A stretch of 64,000 nt of DNA, from positions 1,492,087-1,556,086 of the forward strand of contig NW_019217788.1 of NCBI RefSeq assembly GCF_002571385.2, written 5' to 3'. This document shows positions 10,901-20,700 of the stretch, one piece after another (the first letter of the stretch is position 1; each line of letters begins with the position of its first letter). A program made the translations under genes and the position numbers. Under the pieces are notes generated by a model. The model saw only the letters and a list, made by a program, of their open reading frames with translations. It was not told the DNA's origin and searched no databases. The stretch is from Stylophora pistillata (taxonomy: Eukaryota).

Positions 10901-13900
10901 CTGCATGAAAGAAACCCACATTTTTAATAATAAAAAATTTAGATAATATACAAAAGCAAAAAGATATATGTCCACTTGAATAGTTGTTTCAAATTTAATC
11001 AGGGCCAGTCCTTTGAGAACAAAGCCTAACATTTATGACGTAAGAACAATTTCGTAAAACAAATTAAACATAAATTCTAATATGTTGAATATTGACAATA
11101 AATGTCTCTTTAAAATATTGTAACACTCTGAATTGTCTCTCTACAAGCTTATCGCTACCATGCCCCGGCCACTCCTCGCTAATTAGCTAAACTATATCAG
11201 ATGATTCAATTTGCGTGCGATACTTAGTAAATAAAGCAAGAAATTATTTGTTAGAGAAATGTTGCCAAATTTATTCTAAAACAAAGCACTCTTATTCAAT
11301 GCACCTTTTGCCATCCGCTTTGGTCGTCTGAGAAATTCGTCGATTGCTCGAACACAGTGCTTCCAAGTATTCACTTTATCATCAGATGCGATTGCGTACA
11401 CATCAAACACGGTTTCCTTTACAAAACGAAGGCGTTCTGGATCAACTGCTTCCTTCCCTCTCGTACCTGTGCAATTCCTTTTTTCCAATTCATTATTTTC
11501 GAAAATATGTCTCAGCAACTGGACTGCGAAGTTGCCGATTGAGCAACTTTTGCATTTGATCTGGGTAAGCTCATCCGCTGAGATGTACTGTTGCGGAAAG
11601 GAAGACGGACGTACAGGAGGCGCAACGTCTTGTTCGTTGTCGGTGTCGGGCGAAGAAGCTCCACTGGATGGAAGCGGTTTCACAGGGTTTGCAACCATCG
11701 ATGGCGTGCTTGAATTTAACGGCGCTTGAGGCCGTGTTGGGGTGTTAATAGGGGTTGTGTTTTCCACGCGCGGGGAGGGTGAAACGGAAGGTGGCGGTGC
11801 CCCACTTGGGAGTTGTGTGGCGGATGACACTGGTGGCTGCTCAACTCGCGAGTTTTCACTGCTGCCTAGATGGGCTGGTAGAGGGGCTACCGTCACTGTG
11901 CCGGGGATGGTGTTCTGGATCGGAAGCGAGCTCTGAAGCGCTGGGAAGAATGTAAACAGCTGCTCCATACCTCGCATGATCTTGTTCTGGTTGTGAAGGA
12001 TGGTCGCCTGATTCACCATTATGGCGCGTTGGTTTTCCAAGATGGCGGAGAAACGATCTTGATTCATTGATTCATTTGGTTCCATGGTCATATTTTGGAC
12101 TCTGTCACTCGCTAGAGCTGGTCAGTAAAATAATCCTATTGTGTGAGATGGACGTTGAGAGAGTTCACACCGGTTGGAAGCGTTTATAACTTTGTGTTTT
12201 GGACTACTGCGAGTAAAATGGCGTCCACGAAAGTGAATCGCGAGTAAACCCGCGTGACTCGATGCTGAGCAACCACGCATCTCACGTGGTAACGCGCAAA
12301 CGAGGGCGGAACATAACGTCACGCAATAGTGTAACTAAACCAAATGAAATTATGGATAAATACAATTTTTTTTTTTAATTTTATATTTATTCCATTTTCT
12401 GTCAAAGACTGTCAACTAAATTAGAAAGCAAGAGGAGTAATGTCTGTTTTTAAAGAAAAGTAGTCAGTGGTTTATAGTGACAAAAAATTTCAACATCACT
12501 CTTCTTTTATCATTCCTCATTGAAAGTTTTTCCGACTCCAAAATGCAACAATGATAGATTGGATATGATCTTGATTATCATTACATGCCAGAGAAATTGA
12601 AGTTATAAAAGTTATTGGGAAAAGGATAAAAAGAAATTAATGGTATTATATTATGTGCTGGAGTCTTTTAAAAAATGTGAATGTGTAATAGTTATTGGGA
12701 TACTGAAAAAAAAGAAAAAAGTTACCAGTATTACATTACATGCCATAGTCTTTTGGAAAGTGAAACTATAAAAGTTATTGGGAAACCAAAAAAAAATAGT
12801 TACCAGTATCATATTACATGCCAGAGTCTTCTGAAAATTGATGTTGTGTGAGTTATTGGGAAATGGAAAAAAGAAAAAAATAGGTACAGGTGTTGGAACC
12901 ACCTCATTCTTTCAAATTCCTTTATTTCTAATCATGCAATACTTGATTAACTTGGCCAGTATAGAAGAATTCACCCCACTAAAACAAAAATGGAAGCAAG
13001 CTAGCCAAAACAGCTAAACTAATAAATGTGATCCTAGTATGAATCAGATCACTCTAATCCTCGTGGTAAAATAATTGTGAGGTCCTGTTTGGGGGGTATA
13101 GATGTCGCCTGTCTGAATTTCAAACTTTGTCATGTGGCCATTTCAGAAGGTTCTGATGTCGCTTTTGCAATTTCATCATGTCGTGCTCAAAGTCGCATTT
13201 TCATTTCCCTGATGTTGCTGTTTCAACGCCATGTCGCCCTTCAGAATTTACCCTATCAGGGCCTCAATTGTAAGCCGTGGTTTGTTTCTCTACAGCTTCA
13301 TTAGATACTGTACACTCAGTGAGTGCCGTGATGCAATTGCAATGCTCCATGGCCGTCTCCTTGGCAACAGCACCATAACAGTAGAGTACGCATCTGAGAC
13401 TAAAGGGAGGTTATCATGTGACGACTCAGAGGATCTACCTCGTGGCAGTAAGTGATCTTTTAGATTGTTCTTTTCATGGACAAGATTGTTCTTTTCATTG
13501 ACAAGATTCACTCTGTGATCGGTAAACACTTCTCAACAGCCTATGGGGATACAAGCCTCCTCAAAGAAAGCCAATTCAGCATTCTAAAAAAGAGTGTCAT
13601 GGAAAATTTGACTGTCTTGGCTATGAGATGCTTTTCATCAAGCAGTGCAATCCTAGTCTCAACACGCAGACTGATTCCATTTGAGCAAAACTCTTTGTTT
13701 GAAAAGAACATTCCTCTACTTATTGTCTTTTTAGTATTTAAACATTTGTTATCTTTCATTCTCTGACTTGATAATGATGTTAGCCTAACATCAAAACGTC
13801 ATCTCCAAATTTTTAATATGCTTTTATGAAATGTTTTATTGCAATTTTTTATCGTTAAAAGATTCACTTGCAATTAAAAAACATCGCATGCAGTTACCTT

Positions 13901-14663
13901 AACCCTTTAACTGCCAAGATCTGACTGTTGATTCTCTCTTCCAGCTGCTACACATTTCCTTGTAAATGAGTAATAAGAATCTAGTGTTAGATCAAGAAAA
14001 TAACTTCCACCCAATAACTGAGTATATTTTCTTTGCCCATTTGTTGGATAATGTAAGGATATTATAGGGAGAAGTTAAGAGTTGGCTCTGCTCCGCTCCC
14101 CTGGCTCCGCTTTCCCCCTATGGTTATTCCAGGCTGCTAGTACTCCAGTTTTATTTCTAATAATTTCTTTCAATTTTGTAACTTTTTTGCTTCGAGCAAT
14201 TATGAACGCGAGCACTACTAGAGATTATCCGTTATCTGTTATCCGTTATCCGTTATCTGTTATCCGTTATCCGTTATCCGTTATTCGTTATCCATTATCT
14301 GCTATCCGTTATCCGTTATCTGAGTTAATCACTTCTGGGAGTTAACGGTTAAAGGACTTGATTGTTCTCTATTTTTTTTTTCAGTTGTCTTTTTGGAACA
14401 GACAAAATAAATGGAAGATTGGGGGAGGGAAACTGCAAAATGTTAGTTTGGTAAAAGAAACAAAATGGGAAGAATGAAGGAAATAGAAATGTTCAAAAAT
14501 GGTTGCACTTAGAAGTGATTAACATGGAACATCTCTTTATGATATCCATGTATTATCCAGCAAACAGGTTACGAGAGTACTCAAACTTATTAGGTAGAAG
14601 TTGTTCTCTTGATCTAAACCAAATTCTTACAACTTATTTGTATAGGTAATCACATGATTTCGA

Positions 14664-14699
<36 letters not shown>

Positions 14700-14768
14700 T
14701 CAAAGACTAACAAAATTGCATGAGCCCGTAGGGCGAGTGCAATTTGTGGTCTTTGAAAAAATTTACAA

Positions 14769-14799
<31 letters not shown>

Positions 14800-17700
14800 T
14801 CATGTGATTATCTATTAATAATATACATGAAAAAATACGAGGTGGCTTCTCATAACTACGCAGAAGAAAAGTGCGTGCATCACATGCAAAAATAATTTAT
14901 TCAAACCCTGCAAGTGACATTGACCATGACATTGACTTGACATTGACAGTGACCAATCATTCTGACCAATTAGAATGTCTGGTTTGTTTCTTTCTTTGCA
15001 CTGAATTAACCCTCTTCTGCACTGAATTAACTCTCTTCTGCACTGAATTAACTCTCTTCTGCACTGAATTAACTGAAAACTACATTCATCTTAACCAATC
15101 AGAACTGAGAAATTTTTTCATGTATATTATTAACAAGGAAATGTGCAGCAGCTAGAGAGGAGAATTCATAGTAAGTTTGTGGGAGTTTAAGGTTTAAATT
15201 GGAAAGGTGAAATCTAAATGTCATATGCAAGAACAGTTACAATAATTGTAAAGATAAGGTCGACATCAATTTCAAACGACCCTCCATAAGGGATACAATA
15301 GCACATTGGTTTGGCAATATAAAAAATAAATCAATTCAAAACAGAATATGAAAGAGTATTTAAAAAGGATTGGGCAAGAATGGTAACAATTGTATGGAGA
15401 AGATTGTCACAGATTTCAAAATTTAAGCTAAAAATTTTCAAGAGATACAAGCATTGAAGCCCAACTTTTAAGGGTGTCATTAAGAAAAAGTCTACAATTT
15501 AGTTAAGATTCTAAACCTGCAAACTCTCTTGCCTTTGATGCGATTCTCATGCCTGCCCTTCAAAAACTCTGATCTCTCTTTGGCTCATACCTGCTGCCCA
15601 ATTTCTCATGCTTAGCAGAAGCATGGAAATTATTAGTATGGGAATGTTCATTAATTTTATTTTGGTTATTAATTTTATTTGGTCATTAATTTTATTTGGT
15701 TATTAATATTATTTGGTCATCAATTTTATTTTCTTATTGATCTGCTACTTTCCTCGCAGAGAAGGACAGACTCTTGAGAGATGACTACCCGAGGCTAGAA
15801 CAATACCGCTCCATGTCTGATGCTGAATCTCAGGAGAAAAGGGTTCTTTGGAAATTGCGTTGTTCTGCCAGGAGGCAGAAGTCATCAATTACAGGAAATG
15901 CATTGGCTACACAAGGTATTTTTCCTTTTCACAGTGGAAAGATGGCTAAGACTAAGGGGCCAAGACCCCTAAAAAAAATACTTGTATGGCATGTCCACAA
16001 TCTGTGTAGCATGAGTTGACAATGGCAACTATGAGATACAATGAAATATATGAAGTTCATATATTTTGAACTGCGGTATTAGATACATATGATGTACGAT
16101 CCTCGCAGTAGATAGCGCTATTTAAGCAATAGCGAAAATCAGACCTGAAAAAAATCAGGCCTGTACGGGATTCGAACCACTGACCTCTGCGATACTAGTG
16201 CAGCGCTCTACCAATTGAGCTAACAAGCCAACTGGGAGCAGGCCGTTAAGTTGATTCGTAATAAACCCGTGAAAGTGATAAATCAGATACAATGAAATAT
16301 ATGAAGTTCATATATTTTGAACTGCGGTATTAGATACATATGATCGTGCATCATATGTATCTAATACCGCAGTACAAAATATATGAACTTCATATATTTC
16401 ATTGTATCTCATTTATCACTTTCACGGGTTTATTACGAATCAACTTAACGGCCTGCTCCCAGTTGGCTTGTTAGCTCAATTGGTAGAGCGCTGCACTAGT
16501 ATCGCAGAGGTCAGTGGTTCGAATCCCGTACAGGCCTGATTTTTTTCAGGTCTGATTTTCGCTATTGCTTAAATAGCGCTATCTACTGCGAGGATCGTAC
16601 ATCATATGTATCTAATACCGCAGTTCAAAATATATGAACTTCATATATTTCATTGTATCTGATTTATCACTTTCACGGGTTTATTACGAATCAACTTAAC
16701 GGCCTGCTCCCAGTTGGCTTGTTAGCTCAATTGGTAGAGCGCTGCACTAGTATCGCAGAGGTCAGTGGTTCGAATCCCGTACAGGCCTGATTTTTTTCAG
16801 GTCTGATTTTCGCTATTGCTTAAATAGCGCTATCTACTGCGAGGATCGTACATCATATGTAATGGCAACTATGTTGGCTACATGCATTTCTGGATGGGAT
16901 ACATGTCCACTGCAGTTAGGGATAAGACTTTTGACTATAGGAACCTGCTTTGTGTGGTTTACTTCAGCAAATTTCGATCATAAAGAGGTTTTCTTCGAGA
17001 TAGAAGATCCCATGTACATTAACTTCCAAAAGACAAAAGCATAAAGACATGGCTCTAAGTAAAAAAAAAAAACAAGAGACTCCTGGTCAACTGACATAAA
17101 CAGTAGGCATTTAGAGGTGCCTTGATAAGCACCTGTATCTATTCACAATTAGCTAAGAATCTTCAATTTATGTCTTCAACCTCTCAAAGAAGATAATTTG
17201 ATTATCTTCCTCAGAAGGTGACAAAGAAGAAGCTTTGATTAATGCTCTTCAGGAAGTAGTAAAGAAAGTAAGCAGTGTTCCAGCTAACACCTTAGCCCTG
17301 CCTTCTGGGTCTGAGGGCACTCCATGTTCACCTTGGGTTACGAAGGAGATAAATGGGTGAGCTAAAATATATACTTAGTGTTATTCAATTCAGTGGTGGA
17401 TCCAGGGGGGGTCTGGGTTATCCAGAACCCCCCGCCACACTACATCATATGTGTGGGTATTTTTAACACTTTTCTGAGGCCAAAATTTTCCAACAACAGA
17501 AATTTACTGCTGAACTTGGGGTATTAAAAATCCACTTATCTTGATGTATTCCTAGGCGTATTTAGCTCATCAAGAAATCTGTGTGTTTTCTGTATCTCAG
17601 GCAGTCGTGTCATTAACTCTATTCTTGGCTTTTTTATTAAGCTGCGATGAAAACCACATGTCCAACCAACATTCAGTCGCAACACAATCCACAGAAGAGG

Positions 17701-20700
17701 GTTTACAAAGGCGTAGGATATTTGAGGGCAACGTGAATGATGGGACGAATTCACAAAGCACAGAGTTGACAAATCGTCGGGAAATTCTTCAACACACGGC
17801 TAGCCAACGTATATCAAGAAGACCTTGTGAGGCTGATGCGCTGCATTTAAGAAACGCCACAGTTTCACCCTCTCCACCCAAACGCTATGAGTCAGCAGGC
17901 AGCCCTGATATGATAACCTCTCCGGGAGGATACTTCTCCCCAAGTAGCCCTGATGAAGCACCGTCTCCAGAGAGGTACACGTCCCCGATAAGCCAAGATG
18001 TCACTCCTTCTCCGACAGCATTTACATCTCCAAGCTCCCAAGATGCGACTCCTTCGCCAAGGCGAGGTGGTACCTCATTCAGTGAAGTAGAAACCAGTGA
18101 TCCTGTCAGTCACGACTCACTAGAGAGATTCCTCAGGCAAGATTGTAATAACTGCCATGAAGAGATCACTATGGGCATAGGGCAAGAGTCAAATTCGACA
18201 CAAGTGAGAAGCACAGCATCTTTTTGTCACTCCAGTGTGCCTTCTTTGAATAGCAAGGGACTCTGCTCTTTTGAATCTGATAGGAATTACAATGAACTAG
18301 GGCTACAGACTTCAGGAAAGTCGCCAGTGTCTTGTAAAGAACCCCATCAGGCTACCAGAAAGGGAGAGGTAGCACAAGATGTTAAGGGTGTATCACCACA
18401 ACATAATCAAATACATGATACCTTTGCTCAACAAAAGAAAGAAACAGATTCAGCACCGATTAAAACACAACCTTTGCAACGTCTTCCGGGAGACCATCCC
18501 CCTGAAGTTGAGAAGAACGGTTATCCAGCTTCTGTAAAGCTGCTGTCCTCTGATAGTGCAACGGCTCCTCTTTCAGCCGCTCCTGCTTTTCTCCCAAATG
18601 GACCGGTGTCTCCCTCAGACTCAAGCACAGTGAGTGCACGCGTACCGCTGCAAATCTCTCCTGGTAGTGGATCGGATCCTCCTAAAGGCGCTGCAGCTTC
18701 ACGCCTACCAGAACCTGTCTCCTCTTCAGACTCAAGCGTAGCAAGACCTCTCCTGGAACAACAATTATTCACTGACTCCTTCCAGGGGCCCCACGAGACC
18801 CATGCACCGGAGCTGATGCCGGTAAACATGGCTTCCAGATTCCAACACCCTGGCTTTCCGAGACAACAGTTGGGCAATCCGCCATTCTTGCCGCCTGGTG
18901 TCTTAAACCCAGGGATGTTTCCAGGATGGAATGCAATTGCCTTTCTTCAACAGCAGCTTTTAGCCTCAAGACTGCCATTTGGACTTCCTTTTTACGCAGG
19001 AATGCGTGGAATTCAACCAAACGATGGAGTACCATTGCCTTTTCAAGGTTTTCGAACTCCTTTGGGGAGATTCAACTGGGGTGCAGTAGGAAGGGGACGG
19101 TCATTTGCACCAAGATTTCCCAATGCAGGTCTTGGAAATACTAGAACTCGTGGCGAATTTGAGAGAAGTGAGCTGCCGTGGACGACAAACTTGAAGGAGA
19201 CCTCTTCTCTGAAGAACACTTCAGACACACCTAAAGATCGTACTTACAATTCATCCCAGAATCAGAAAACTAAACTTGGATCTGTAAGCAGCGACTCTTT
19301 GCCGCCTCTGAAGAGTACACCAGACAGTAGCTGTAACAAAATTGACGAGAAGACATCTGTGACTCAAAGTCCAGGAAGCAATAATTCTTCTCCGAACGGA
19401 AGCAGCTTTGATGGTTTGACAAAAGAGTCGGAGGAAGAGACTGAATGTCGACGCTTTGCACATGGCCATCAGGAGACTGGTGTTCAAGGAAGATTCAATG
19501 GTAAAGGTCTGAACCAAGCTACATCTTCAAGCAGCGCCTTAGAAAATGCGGAGAATGAGTTGGAAAACACTGAGGTGAAGAGCACCTCTCCGCGTAAAAT
19601 GACTCAGAGTGAAATGCATCTCAATTACCAAAAGGTAAGTTTTTGAGAGATGTTTTCATTCGTCAGTGTGTTTACAAAATGTCAGAGATGGATAGTCGGG
19701 GCTTTGGCTGGGAGGTAACTGTTGTGACCGATCTGGTCGGCAGATAACGGAGGATTACAACGGATTGAACCTTAAACGATAGCTTTATTCCACCTACACG
19801 ACTCGTGGTCCTCAACAACTACAGTCAGGCGTTACATGCAGTACTGCGGAGAGTCTGGGTCCTAATACACGGGAGTCTGGGTCCTAATACACTACAGTAA
19901 CCATTCCACTCAACTCTTTGCTGCCTAACGACAGTTGTCTGTACATTTCTTTTGGTACTGGCAGGGAGATTTTGTTTGACAATTGAGAGCTTCTCTAGTG
20001 GGCCATAATTTCCTAAACTCCCATGCTTTGAAGTCTGATTCAGCCCTAATGCTATAAGGAGAACTAAGATGCTAGTGATTTTAAAGAGTTGGAGGGTTTA
20101 GTTACTTTAAGTCTTAGAGGGAAACTCTATTTCCTCGGACGTTCCCACTATGAATTCTCGCCCAAGAATTACAACTTCCCTTCTTTTCCAAAGATTTTTT
20201 TTTTCCTCAAAACACAACTAAGTATTTTTTCGTTATGGTGGGAAAAAAACTCTCCTTGTAATAAAATTTCCCCCTACGTATAAATGGTGTTTTTTAAAGT
20301 GTGCGACAGAAGTCTTATTATAGATTGTGTTGTGAGTCGATGTTACTATTTTTGTGTCCCTTGCCGATAAGAGTTTTCTTTCGTTTAGAATGAATTGAAG
20401 AGGATTTTCCGTGAAAATGAAACAATGCGTCGGAACATAGAATGGAAGAAATCCAGAGGAATGGCGGGTAACAGGTATTCCAGGCAGAAATTGGAAAGAT
20501 TGCTCGTTTCTTTTGTTATTTCCTGTGATGTCATCGTTAAACAGCAAATTTGCAACAACCTAGAGCTGGAATCCTCAATTTTTTCTTGCCCCGCGCTCTG
20601 GACAAACCTTTAACATCTTTGTTTGTTTCCTTTTTGTTTTGTTTTGTTTTTTGTAATTAGAGCTATTTTCAATATAGTATTAAAAGTAGTTCGGATTGCA

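Noticed and set aside
14082-14345. 87-aa ORF with RYPLSVI repeats
   Set aside because: Translation of a 7-bp microsatellite.
14998-15075. CRISPR-like array
   Set aside because: Head-to-tail 21-bp repeats without spacers in eukaryotic DNA; a minisatellite inside a mobile element.
16465-16537. tRNA-Thr(AGT) genes (three copies)
   Set aside because: Anticodon and T stems contain mismatches and the copies lie inside a TSD-flanked repeat, so they are treated as tRNA-derived mobile sequence.
16034-16860. Hammerhead or HDV ribozyme in the 251-bp unit
   Set aside because: No CTGAnGA...GAAA core found by eye. TCCTCGC and a hairpin-GAAA on the minus strand are suggestive only; a covariance search is needed.
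17583-19646. Stand-alone 687-aa secreted protein
   Set aside because: The hydrophobic start is intronic polypyrimidine sequence beginning at GTG. An acceptor at 17641 and donor at 19635 make it an internal exon.
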